Positions 1 to 8,768 of a DNA stretch of 64,000 bases are shown piece after piece; position 1 is the stretch's first letter, and the number at the start of each line of letters is the position of its first letter. The translations under genes were made by a program, and so were the position numbers. The notes beneath the pieces were generated by a model. That model worked only from the letters and a program-made list of their open reading frames with translations. It was not told where the DNA came from and searched no databases. This DNA is from Patescibacteria group bacterium (GTDB lineage: Bacteria > Patescibacteriota > Microgenomatia > UBA10105 > UBA927), in the NCBI GenBank assembly GCA_038062795.1, contig JBBTWM010000033.1:5615-69614 (forward strand), read 5' to 3'.

Positions 1-1377
1 GTCCTGCAAATTGTAGCATTCAGCGCGACTTTTTTGTTGACCCTATTTCTCACACCTGAGATATTCGGTGTTTTTTACGTCGTTTCCGCAATAATTTCTT
101 TTTTGGGTTATTTCTCTGACATAGGGCTGGCAGCGGCGCTCGTGCAAAAAAAAGATGAGGTAACGCGGGAAGATCTCGCGACAACATTTGTCATCCAACA
201 ATTGTTGGTTGTGATACTCGTTTCGTTGTCGCTCATATTTTCCGGACCGATTGCGGCGTTTTACCGACTGGATATAACCGGTGTCTGGCTTTTTCGTGCG
301 CTCGCTGTCTCATTTTTTCTTTCTTCCCTCAAGACGATTCCCTCCGTGCTTCTGGAGCGCAGGTTAGCGTTTGATCGCCTCGTGATACCGCAAATTGTTG
401 AGACACTGGGTTTTTATACTGTTGCGGTATATTTGGCATGGAAGGGAGAAGGTATCACCAGTTTTACCTGGGCAGTGCTCGTTCGCGGGGTATTAGGCCT
501 GGTCACCATGTATATAGTTGAACCGTGGGTACCGGCCCTGGTTTTTTCCCGGCAAAGCGCTAAAAAACTTATGTCCTTTGGGCTGCCGTTCCAGATGAAT
601 TCATTTTTGGCGCTTCTCAAGGACGATCTGTTAACGTTGTTTCTGGGGAGGGTATTACCGTTTGCTGAGGTGGGGTATATAGGATGGGCAAAAAAATGGG
701 CGGAGGTGCCGCTCCGGCTTATCATGGACAGTGTCGTACGGGTGACCTTCCCTACATATTCCAGACTGCAACACGATAAAGCATTGCTGGTAAAAGCGAT
801 AGATAAAACGATTTTCGGATTGGCCGGAGCAATATTACCGATTTCCTCCGGTTTGCTGTTTTTTGTTCACCCTATGGTGCAATTGATTCCGAAATACGGC
901 AAATGGGAACCAGCGTTAGTGTCGTTTTATCTTTTTGTTTTTTCTTCCGCGATTGCCGCATTATCGACGCCTCTCATGAGTGCATTAAATGCCGTGGGGA
1001 ATATCCGCACGACCTTAAAGTTTATGGTTGGTTGGACGGTCAGTACCTGGGTACTCACCGTCATTCTCTTACGGTTTTTTGGGTTTAACGGCGTGGCATT
1101 AGCGCTTCTTGTTGTCTCGGGGTCGCTGTATCTTGTCATACGGGTAACCAGGCGTGTTGCTGATTTTTCGTTTATCAGTAATGTAAAAGGTCCGGTTGCA
1201 GCAGCAGGTATACAGGGTGGGGTATACGCAGTTCTCCTCACTATGGTGCCGCACACGTATCCGTGGCTTTTTGCGGTTGGCGGCGCGGGCGTTATACTGT
1301 ATGGAGGTCTTCTGTATTGGATGGAATCCGGCAGGATTAATGCATTTGTCGCAACCATACGAAGGAGCATACGATGA
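1..1377 (+). CDS. Wzx/MOP-family polysaccharide flippase, C-terminal part (5' truncated by window edge)
   Basis: The frame is open from base 1, and the listed ORF begins at an internal TTG. The product is multi-TM and hydrophobic, typical of the C-terminal half of a polysaccharide biosynthesis flippase. Confidence 0.55.
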   Translation, partial: VLQIVAFSATFLLTLFLTPEIFGVFYVVSAIISFLGYFSDIGLAAALVQKKDEVTREDLATTFVIQQLLVVILVSLSLIFSGPIAAFYRLDITGVWLFRALAVSFFLSSLKTIPSVLLERRLAFDRLVIPQIVETLGFYTVAVYLAWKGEGITSFTWAVLVRGVLGLVTMYIVEPWVPALVFSRQSAKKLMSFGLPFQMNSFLALLKDDLLTLFLGRVLPFAEVGYIGWAKKWAEVPLRLIMDSVVRVTFPTYSRLQHDKALLVKAIDKTIFGLAGAILPISSGLLFFVHPMVQLIPKYGKWEPALVSFYLFVFSSAIAALSTPLMSALNAVGNIRTTLKFMVGWTVSTWVLTVILLRFFGFNGVALALLVVSGSLYLVIRVTRRVADFSFISNVKGPVAAAGIQGGVYAVLLTMVPHTYPWLFAVGGAGVILYGGLLYWMESGRINAFVATIRRSIR

Positions 1378-2279
1378 AATTAAGTATCGTCATAAGTACC
1401 TATAACCGTGCCGAAAGCCTTACGCGGACGCTTACTTCTGTGAAGCGCTTCGCTCATGAAATTATTGTTATAGATAACGGATCAACGGATCAGACGAAAC
1501 AGGTCGCGGAACAATTTGGGGCTGTCGTTTATGACCGGCCGAATAATCTGATGCTTAATATCAACAAAAATTACGGATTCACCAAAGCTTCGGGTGATTG
1601 GATACTCTGTCTTGATGATGATGAAGAAATTCCGCCTGAATTAGCCGGAGAAATCAAAAAAGCAATGACCGCGCAGGACGTGAGCGGGTACTGGATTCCA
1701 CGGAAAAATATTATTTTCGGCCGCTGGATCAGGCACGGCATATGGTGGCCCGACCGGCAGCTACGGCTATTTAAAAAAGGAACCGGTACGTATCCGGAAA
1801 AGCATGTTCATGAATATGTGGAAGTAATGGGCTCCGCAGGAACCCTGGAAAACGCGTACATACATTATAACTACGACACACTTGGCCAGTATTTGGATAA
1901 AATGCAGCACATTTATACCGAAAGCGAAGTAAAAAAATATGTGTCAGCCGGATACCGTATAAGCTGGCGTGACGCCATACGTTTTCCCGCTTCGGATTTT
2001 ATGAAATTATATTTCGCCCAAAACGGATATAAAGACGGTTTACACGGTCTCGTTCTTGCGATGCTTCAGGCGTTTTATTCCTTTATTATCTTTGTAAAGC
2101 TTTGGGAACGGGAAAAATTCAGGGAGATAGATATACCCCCGCCAAGCGCGCTGGAAGAGGTTGAGAAAACCGGTAAGGAAATGTCCTATTGGATCCTAAC
2201 GACAAAAATCCGGCAGGAAACTAACCCCATAGTCAGACTGTGGCAACAGATGCTCCGCAAAGCGAAGCGTTTATCATGA
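1374..2279 (+). CDS. family 2 glycosyltransferase
   Basis: N-terminal MKLSIVISTYNRAESL...VIDNGSTDQT and a DDDE motif are the GT2 signature. The C-terminal WIRHGIWWPDRQLRLF motif is shared with the GT2s at 3171 and 32675. The ATGA start overlaps the upstream stop. Confidence 0.8.
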   Translation: MKLSIVISTYNRAESLTRTLTSVKRFAHEIIVIDNGSTDQTKQVAEQFGAVVYDRPNNLMLNINKNYGFTKASGDWILCLDDDEEIPPELAGEIKKAMTAQDVSGYWIPRKNIIFGRWIRHGIWWPDRQLRLFKKGTGTYPEKHVHEYVEVMGSAGTLENAYIHYNYDTLGQYLDKMQHIYTESEVKKYVSAGYRISWRDAIRFPASDFMKLYFAQNGYKDGLHGLVLAMLQAFYSFIIFVKLWEREKFREIDIPPPSALEEVEKTGKEMSYWILTTKIRQETNPIVRLWQQMLRKAKRLS

Positions 2280-3196
2280 AAAAAATTACCCTGGTTATTG
2301 TCAATTGGAACGGAAGTGCTGATACCGCCAATTGCCTGTCTTCAATTTTGCATATGAAGAAGCAAGGCGTAGCGCTTGAAACCGTTGTCGTAGATAACGG
2401 TTCAACCGACAACTCCGTTGCGAAATTATCGGCTGGATTCCCGTGGGTAACGATACTGGCTGTCGATAAGAATTTAGGGTTCACCGGCGGAAACAATACC
2501 GGCATCCGGTATGCCATGCTGCATAACACGGAGTATATATGGTTATTAAATAACGATACTATAGTTGCCCCCGACGCGCTAAAACTTGTCGAGGCGTTTG
2601 CCGACAGTAAAGTAGGAATAGCGGGATCAAAAATTTATTTTGCGCCGGGGCATGAATATCATAAGGCCCGATATACAAAAAAAGAATTAGGACGGGTATT
2701 TTGGTACGCTGGAGGACTTATCGATTGGGACAATATGTATGCAAGTCACCGCGGTGTTGATGAAGTCGAGGCGGGGCAATATGATGACGCTCAGGAAACT
2801 TCGTTTGTCACCGGATGTTCAATGATGGTAAAGCGGGAAGTAATCCGGAGTGTAGGAGAGCTTGATGACCGATACTATCTCTATCTTGAGGATTTGGATT
2901 TTGGGTTGCGGGCAAAAGCTGCCGGCTACCATTTGGTGTATTATCCCAAATCCGTGATCTGGCACGTGAATGCGGGCTCATCGGGTGGAGCCGGGAATCC
3001 GATCCATGATTATTATATTACCCGGAACAGATTGTTAGTGGGGATGCGGTATGCGCCGTTTAGGACCAAAGCAGCCCTCCTTCGCGAAGCGTGGGGTTTG
3101 GCGCGGGGCGGTAACCGGGAAAAGAAACAAGCGGTCATTGATGCGTTTTGGGGGAAGTGGGGCAAGCAATATGAGCCGAAAAAAAATAACACTTAG
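2276..3196 (+). CDS. family 2 glycosyltransferase
   Basis: ITLVIVNWNG...VVVDNGSTDNS is a GT2 fold. I chose the internal ATG at 2276 (ATGA overlap with the upstream stop). The longer ORF from 2240 would overlap the upstream gene by 40 nt. Confidence 0.75.
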   Translation: MKKITLVIVNWNGSADTANCLSSILHMKKQGVALETVVVDNGSTDNSVAKLSAGFPWVTILAVDKNLGFTGGNNTGIRYAMLHNTEYIWLLNNDTIVAPDALKLVEAFADSKVGIAGSKIYFAPGHEYHKARYTKKELGRVFWYAGGLIDWDNMYASHRGVDEVEAGQYDDAQETSFVTGCSMMVKREVIRSVGELDDRYYLYLEDLDFGLRAKAAGYHLVYYPKSVIWHVNAGSSGGAGNPIHDYYITRNRLLVGMRYAPFRTKAALLREAWGLARGGNREKKQAVIDAFWGKWGKQYEPKKNNT

Positions 3197-3941
3197 CGTG
3201 ATTATTATTGCAAAAAACGAAGAAGCCCGTATAGGGAAGTGTCTTGATGCGCTGGAATTTGCCGATGAACGGATAGTCGTTGATAATAGTTCGTCCGATC
3301 GTACGTCTCAAGTCGCTACAGAGCATGACGCAATCGTGCAGTTTGCACATTCCACGGATTTTGCCTTGCTACGAAATAACGCTGCTTCAAAGGTAAGAGG
3401 AGAGTGGCTATTGTATGTTGATGCGGACGAGATCGTGACGCCGGAATTAGGACGCAACATACGGCATATCATAACGGTGTGGAACCCGTCTTGTGAAACC
3501 GGGTATGAGATCCACCGAAAAAATTATTATCTCGGAAGAGCTTGGCCGACCGGAGAATGGATGCTTCGGTTATTCCGGCGCGATTCCTTCAAGGAATGGC
3601 GCGGCGAGTTACACGAGACCCCTGTTGTTTCCGGCGCGATCGGAAGAATCCAGGGCGATCTGTTACATGATACCCACCGGACGGTAACCGAGATGGTTGC
3701 AAAAACCAATGAATGGAGCGAGACCGAAGCGCTTCTTCGCAAAGCAATTCATCATCCGCCTATTACCTGGTGGCGGATTATCCGGGTGACACTCACGGGA
3801 TTCTGGAATTCATTTATCGGGCAAGGCGGATGGCGGATCGGCACGGTAGGCTGGATAGAAAGTATGTATCAGGGTTTCAGCATGTTTATCACTTACGCGA
3901 AATTGTGGGAGAAGCAACAAAAGAAAAATTATGAAAAGTAG
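3171..3941 (+). CDS. family 2 glycosyltransferase
   Basis: The GT2 domain begins at MSRKKITLSVIIIAKNEE..VVDNSSSDRT. The 3051 ATG would give a 146-nt overlap with the upstream gene, so I prefer 3171. Confidence 0.7.
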   Translation: MSRKKITLSVIIIAKNEEARIGKCLDALEFADERIVVDNSSSDRTSQVATEHDAIVQFAHSTDFALLRNNAASKVRGEWLLYVDADEIVTPELGRNIRHIITVWNPSCETGYEIHRKNYYLGRAWPTGEWMLRLFRRDSFKEWRGELHETPVVSGAIGRIQGDLLHDTHRTVTEMVAKTNEWSETEALLRKAIHHPPITWWRIIRVTLTGFWNSFIGQGGWRIGTVGWIESMYQGFSMFITYAKLWEKQQKKNYEK

Positions 3942-4758
3942 ACCAGTTGATACAGCGAAAATTGCATTATTCAGAGGAAGAAAGATACGAAGGATTCTTT
4001 ATCACAATGAATGGTGGTTTTCCGTTGTCGATATTGTTGAAGCACTGACCAATTCAGATAGACCAAGAAAATACTGGAGTGATTTAAAGAAAAAACTTAT
4101 TCATGAAGGTTACCGCGAAGTGTCCGAAAAAATCGGACAGTTGAAATTAATAGCTCCTGACGGCAGATTACGTGAGACTGACTGTGGGAATACTGAAACT
4201 ATTTTTCGGATTATACAAGCTATCCCATCTCCCAAAGCTGAACCTTTGAAGCGCTGGTTGGCACGCGTCGGATATGAACGAGTAAAGGAGATAGAAGATC
4301 CTGAGTTATCAACCAAGAGGACGAGGATGCTCTATACATTGAAAGGATACCCGGATGATTGGATCGAAAAACGCATGCGTGGTATTGCGATCCGCGAGGA
4401 GCTTACTGATGAGTGGTATAAGCGGGGCGCTCAAGAACAGAGAGATTATGAAATATTGACCGCCGAAATTTCTAAGGCTACATTCGGTATCACTCCCCTT
4501 CAATACAAAAAACTGAAAGGTTTAAAGAGAGAAAATCTTCGTGATCATATGGATGATTTTGAATTGATTTTCACCATGTTGGGGGAGCGCTCAACCACGG
4601 AAATTCATCGGAACGAAAACTCCAAAGGTGTCCCAAAGCTACAATCCGATGCGCGTGCCGGCGGCGAGATAGCAGGTGGCGCTAGGAGAAAATTAGAAAA
4701 GCGTCTTGGCAGGCCGATTGTTTCAAAGAAGAATTATCTGCCCGAAAATACCTCATGA
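3931..4758 (+). CDS. BRO-N domain / DinD (DNA-damage-inducible protein D)-like protein
   Basis: N-terminal IALFRGRKIRRILYHNEWWFSVVDIVEAL matches the BRO-N consensus (R....G..WF...DV...L). The ~275 aa length and a basic C-terminal half resemble E. coli DinD. Its start overlaps the GT2 stop. Confidence 0.5.
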   Translation: MKSRPVDTAKIALFRGRKIRRILYHNEWWFSVVDIVEALTNSDRPRKYWSDLKKKLIHEGYREVSEKIGQLKLIAPDGRLRETDCGNTETIFRIIQAIPSPKAEPLKRWLARVGYERVKEIEDPELSTKRTRMLYTLKGYPDDWIEKRMRGIAIREELTDEWYKRGAQEQRDYEILTAEISKATFGITPLQYKKLKGLKRENLRDHMDDFELIFTMLGERSTTEIHRNENSKGVPKLQSDARAGGEIAGGARRKLEKRLGRPIVSKKNYLPENTS

Positions 4759-5393
4759 AAACTTATACATGTATTTTATTTGATTGGGATGGATGTTTGG
4801 CAAAGTCATTGGATATTGCGCTTTATGCCTATAAGGTGTCGTTTCGAAAATATGATATTTCGTTAAGCGATAAGAAAATAACACACGAAGTATTCGGTGA
4901 CTGGCAAGCCCCTCAAAAACTAGGAATTCGTGACATAACACAATATTGGGAAGATTTTCATAAGATACTGAATAAGACATATTCTCATGTTCCGCTATAC
5001 GAGCATGTACAAGAGGTATTAACGGAATTGAAAAAAAGAAAGAAAAAGCTTGCTTTAGTTTCTTCGTCTCGGCGATCTACGCTCAACGCTCCGCTGACAT
5101 ATCATAAATTATATCCATATTTCGATGTCATTATGTCAGTGGACAACGTAAAAAAAGATAAACCGAATCCTGAGATTGTTTACAAAACTTTAAGAAAACT
5201 TCGTGCCGGTAAATCGGAAAGTTTGCTTGTAGGAGATTCCAAGAACGATCTCCTAGCTGCAAAAAGCGCCAGTGTAGATTCCGTTCTCTTTTATCCGAAG
5301 CACAATCAGTTATTTTATGATTTTGATATCCTAAAAACATACGATCCAACCTATATCATTAGCGATTTACGAGAACTTTTAACAACCGTATAG
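4755..5393 (+). CDS. HAD-IA family hydrolase/phosphatase
   Basis: All four HAD motifs are present: LFDWDG (DxDG), LVSSS, KKDKPNP and GDSKND. ATGA overlap with the upstream gene. Confidence 0.8.
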   Translation: MKTYTCILFDWDGCLAKSLDIALYAYKVSFRKYDISLSDKKITHEVFGDWQAPQKLGIRDITQYWEDFHKILNKTYSHVPLYEHVQEVLTELKKRKKKLALVSSSRRSTLNAPLTYHKLYPYFDVIMSVDNVKKDKPNPEIVYKTLRKLRAGKSESLLVGDSKNDLLAAKSASVDSVLFYPKHNQLFYDFDILKTYDPTYIISDLRELLTTV

Positions 5394-5396
5394 ATT

Positions 5397-7721
5397 ATGT
5401 CGCGTAAACAAATATTTGCTTTGATGAAATATTGGCCGATTGGAATAATTGTGGCGGTTTGGCTGGTATTTGCCTATCCTTATTGGGGAAAGGGGCTCGT
5501 ACCGTTTCCCTCTAGGTATTTGGTGACATTTTTTGCGCCGTGGAGTAGTACCTACGGCATGCCGGTGAAAAACAATGCCATGCCGGATGTTATCACGCAA
5601 ATATACCCGTGGAAACGCGTGACGATAGATGCCTGGAAACACGGTGAAGTGCCGCTTTGGAATCCGTATAGTTTTTCGGGAACCGCGCACGCCGGCAACT
5701 ATCAGAGCGCGGTATTTTCGCCGGTCAACCTGTTATTTTTTCTGTTGCCGGAGTTGCACGCATGGAGTCTCATGATTTTGTTGCAGCCGGTACTTGCGGC
5801 GTGGTTTATGATGCTGTTTCTCCGGTCTCTTGGGATCAGCCGGGAAGGCAGTGTTATCGGCAGCATTGCGTTTATGTTTTGCGGATTTATCGTCGTCTGG
5901 ATGGCATACGGAACGCTCGGCTTCGCAGTGCTTTTCCTGCCCTTGATTCTTTACGCTATCAATATATTTGTACGATACGGCAACAAATGGACGGCCACAG
6001 GAGTTGCCGCAGCAGTCTGCACCTCACTTTTATCCGGACATTTCCAGATGAGCGTGTACGTACTGTTATACGCCGTGAGTTTTCTCGTGTATCTTACCGT
6101 CCGCGGGCAAAAGCGCAGAAGAATCTGGTTTGCCCTGTTGTTTGTGCTGCTTGGAGTAGGTTTAGCTGCTGTGCAGATAGTGACCGGTTTTACGGCGTAT
6201 GCCGGTGCCGTACGCAGCAGCTTATTTCTCAAAGGTGAAGTCATTCCCTGGCAATACATTGCAACACTATTTTCTCCTGATTTTTACGGGAATCCCGTGA
6301 CAAGAAACGATTGGTTCGGGCACTATGCCGAATGGGCGAGTTATATCGGCGTTACCGCGCTCCTATTGGCTTTTCTTGCTATCGCAGCAAACCATAAGAC
6401 CGCTGTGATCCGGTATTTTATCGTCACGACCGTTATTCCCTTATTGCTGGCTTTTCAGACGCCGCTCGTAGATTTGCTGTTTGCGATGAAAATTCCGGTT
6501 CTCTCGACAAGTTCCGCTTCCCGGATCATTATTCTGGTAAGCTTTTCACTGGCTGTATTGTCCGGATTTGGAATTGATGTGCTTCGGGAAGCGTGGGCGA
6601 AGCGCATAGGCAAGCGCGTGCTGTTGTGGGCAGTGGGCAGCATGGTGTGTGTTGGAGTCGTATGGGTTGTTCTTCTTGTCCTCCGTCCGCTGCCGGGAGA
6701 TAAACTCGTCATTGCCGTACGCAATATGTACTTGCCGACAGCGCTCATGGGGATCACGTTGGCAGTTGCCGGAGCCGGATTTTTACTACCGAAACGTTTA
6801 TTGGTATTACTGCCGGTTGTTCTCATAGTGCTTGCCGGTGCTGATTCATACCGCTTTGCAGCGAAATGGATGCCTTTTGATGAAAAAGCATTTGTATACC
6901 CCACCCTCCCCGTTATCACAAAGACACAGGCATTAATCGCCGGAGAACATGGCAGGGTATTCGGAAACATCGGCAACGAAGCAGGTTCCGCTTTCGGTAT
7001 TCCGCTTATCGAAGGGTACGATGCGGTATATCAGGAGCGGTACGGTAGATTTATCACTGCGGTGAGTACCGGAGTGCCGGGGACGCCCGAGCGGTCTGTG
7101 GTGCGGTTTGATAAGAGTGGGAAATATGCTGAGGATGTGCTGCAGTTACTCGGTGTCCGGTATTACATGCATAAAAAAAGCGACGGGAGATTTCCGTGGG
7201 CATATCCGTTTTGGGAGTTTCCGCAATACAATCGCGTGTGGGAGGATGAGCATTTTGAGATTATGGAAAATACCAAAAGCCTGCCGAGAGTTTTCTTGGC
7301 GTCATCGTATGCGATCGCTAAGACGGATACAGAGATACTTGATGCCTTATTTTCAAAGCATATTAACCGGCGGGAAACGCTTGTGCTGGAGCGCACGCCG
7401 GTATTTGATCCGCAGGAAGGTGTCGGGACTGCCACGATTTCTTCATACCGTCCGACGGAGGTAGTTATACAGACGGCTTCTGTTGTACCGAAGTTGTTAT
7501 TTTTATCTGACGTCTACGATCCGGGCTGGAAGGTGTCTGTAGATGGGGTACCGGTTGCATTGCATCGGGCTGATTTTGATTTCCGGGCAGTCGCAGTTCC
7601 GGAAGGAACGCACATCGTCCGTATGTGGTATTGGCCGGCGAGTATCACGATCGGCTTTGTCATCGCGGGATTTGCTACACTGACAATAGCCGGATTTCTA
7701 TTGAGGAAAGATGAGTTATGA
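5397..7721 (+). CDS. YfhO-family membrane glycosyltransferase-like protein
   Basis: 774 aa. It has a polytopic N-terminus with QIYPWKR...LWNPYSFSGT and a C-terminal extracytoplasmic domain. Paralogs lie at 8769 and 17934(-). Confidence 0.65.
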   Translation: MSRKQIFALMKYWPIGIIVAVWLVFAYPYWGKGLVPFPSRYLVTFFAPWSSTYGMPVKNNAMPDVITQIYPWKRVTIDAWKHGEVPLWNPYSFSGTAHAGNYQSAVFSPVNLLFFLLPELHAWSLMILLQPVLAAWFMMLFLRSLGISREGSVIGSIAFMFCGFIVVWMAYGTLGFAVLFLPLILYAINIFVRYGNKWTATGVAAAVCTSLLSGHFQMSVYVLLYAVSFLVYLTVRGQKRRRIWFALLFVLLGVGLAAVQIVTGFTAYAGAVRSSLFLKGEVIPWQYIATLFSPDFYGNPVTRNDWFGHYAEWASYIGVTALLLAFLAIAANHKTAVIRYFIVTTVIPLLLAFQTPLVDLLFAMKIPVLSTSSASRIIILVSFSLAVLSGFGIDVLREAWAKRIGKRVLLWAVGSMVCVGVVWVVLLVLRPLPGDKLVIAVRNMYLPTALMGITLAVAGAGFLLPKRLLVLLPVVLIVLAGADSYRFAAKWMPFDEKAFVYPTLPVITKTQALIAGEHGRVFGNIGNEAGSAFGIPLIEGYDAVYQERYGRFITAVSTGVPGTPERSVVRFDKSGKYAEDVLQLLGVRYYMHKKSDGRFPWAYPFWEFPQYNRVWEDEHFEIMENTKSLPRVFLASSYAIAKTDTEILDALFSKHINRRETLVLERTPVFDPQEGVGTATISSYRPTEVVIQTASVVPKLLFLSDVYDPGWKVSVDGVPVALHRADFDFRAVAVPEGTHIVRMWYWPASITIGFVIAGFATLTIAGFLLRKDEL

Positions 7722-8767
7722 ACATAGGATTTTATAATCCGTATTACGATGGTTTAGGAGGCGGCGAACGGTACACCCTGACCCTGGCCAGTCACTGGTC
7801 CAAAATTCATGATGTCGTGATTTTTTGGGACGATCCGAATATTGTGGGCCTATCGGAGAAACGATTTGGTATCGATTTAACCCGGGTCCGCGTCGTGCCG
7901 AATATATTTAAAAATGCAAATATTTTCGGAAAGCTCATAGGGAGCAGAAGATACGATCTTATATTTTTTTTAAGCGACGGGAGCATACCGGCAACACTGG
8001 CTAAGCATAATATTCTGCATTTTCAGGTACCGTTTGCCAGCGTTTTAGCTGATCCCTGGAAGATGAAGCGCTACGATGCAATTGTTTGCAATTCCGAATT
8101 TACAAAAAATGAGCTCGACCCTCAGCTCGGGAGCAGGTCTGTCGTCATATATCCTCCGGTTCAGCAAGTATCCGTGTCAGGCGCCCTATCGAAAAAGAAA
8201 CAAATTCTTTCTGTCGGGAGATTTACCGGTTATTTTCAGGCAAAAAAGCAGGAAGTGCTTATCGAGGCGTTTACCCGCGGGTATACAAGCGGCATATTAC
8301 AGGGTTGGGAGCTTATATTGGCAGGCGGACTTATTCCTTCCGATCAGAAATACTTTGATATGCTTAAAACCTTAGTATCGGATGCACCCGTGCATTTTAT
8401 GCCAAACATATCAAATGATGAACTTATCGTCTTGTATCAATCGAGCAGATTGTATTGGCATGCAGCGGGGTACGGGACGACTAACCCGGCACAAATGGAG
8501 CACTTTGGCATAACCACCGCCGAGGCTATGAGCGCCGGCGCCGTGCCGCTCGTCTATGCGGCGGGTGGCCAGTTGGAAATAGTTTCTGACGGAGTAAACG
8601 GACTCGTTTGGCGAACACCCGATGAATTGATAGAAAAAACGAGAGTGCTGATTGAAGATAAAAAGAAATACACTGATTTATCAAAGGCGGCAATAGTCCG
8701 GGCTAATGAGTTTAGTGACGCGAAATTCACCAGGGCCTTTGATGCGCTGATTGCGGGATTATCATAG
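7718..8767 (+). CDS. family 4 glycosyltransferase (GT-B, group 1)
   Basis: The C-terminal TTAEAMSAGAVPLVYAAGG is an EX7E-type GT4 motif. ATGA overlap with the upstream gene. Confidence 0.75.
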   Translation: MNIGFYNPYYDGLGGGERYTLTLASHWSKIHDVVIFWDDPNIVGLSEKRFGIDLTRVRVVPNIFKNANIFGKLIGSRRYDLIFFLSDGSIPATLAKHNILHFQVPFASVLADPWKMKRYDAIVCNSEFTKNELDPQLGSRSVVIYPPVQQVSVSGALSKKKQILSVGRFTGYFQAKKQEVLIEAFTRGYTSGILQGWELILAGGLIPSDQKYFDMLKTLVSDAPVHFMPNISNDELIVLYQSSRLYWHAAGYGTTNPAQMEHFGITTAEAMSAGAVPLVYAAGGQLEIVSDGVNGLVWRTPDELIEKTRVLIEDKKKYTDLSKAAIVRANEFSDAKFTRAFDALIAGLS

Positions 8768-8768
8768 T

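Noticed and set aside
927-1370. 147-aa minus-strand ORF, and a similar one at 414-725
   Set aside because: Both are antisense to the flippase CDS, proline-rich and low-complexity. I treat them as non-coding.
3051-3170. N-terminal extensions of GT2 genes (3051, 2240, 36583, 38366, 40270, 57761, 33876, 62470 ORF starts)
   Set aside because: Each long ORF's 5' extension overlaps the upstream gene by 40-240 nt. The recognisable domain begins at an internal ATG that abuts or overlaps the upstream stop. Internal starts are preferred.
3931-5393. Prophage or mobile element around the BRO-N gene
   Set aside because: There is no integrase, transposase, terminal repeats or other phage genes. The gene is translationally coupled to neighbours, so I report it as a single embedded gene only.
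6455-6976. 173-aa minus-strand ORF, and other 60-170-aa ORFs on either strand inside YfhO/GT39 genes
   Set aside because: All are embedded within longer, motif-supported CDSs and have no recognisable features.
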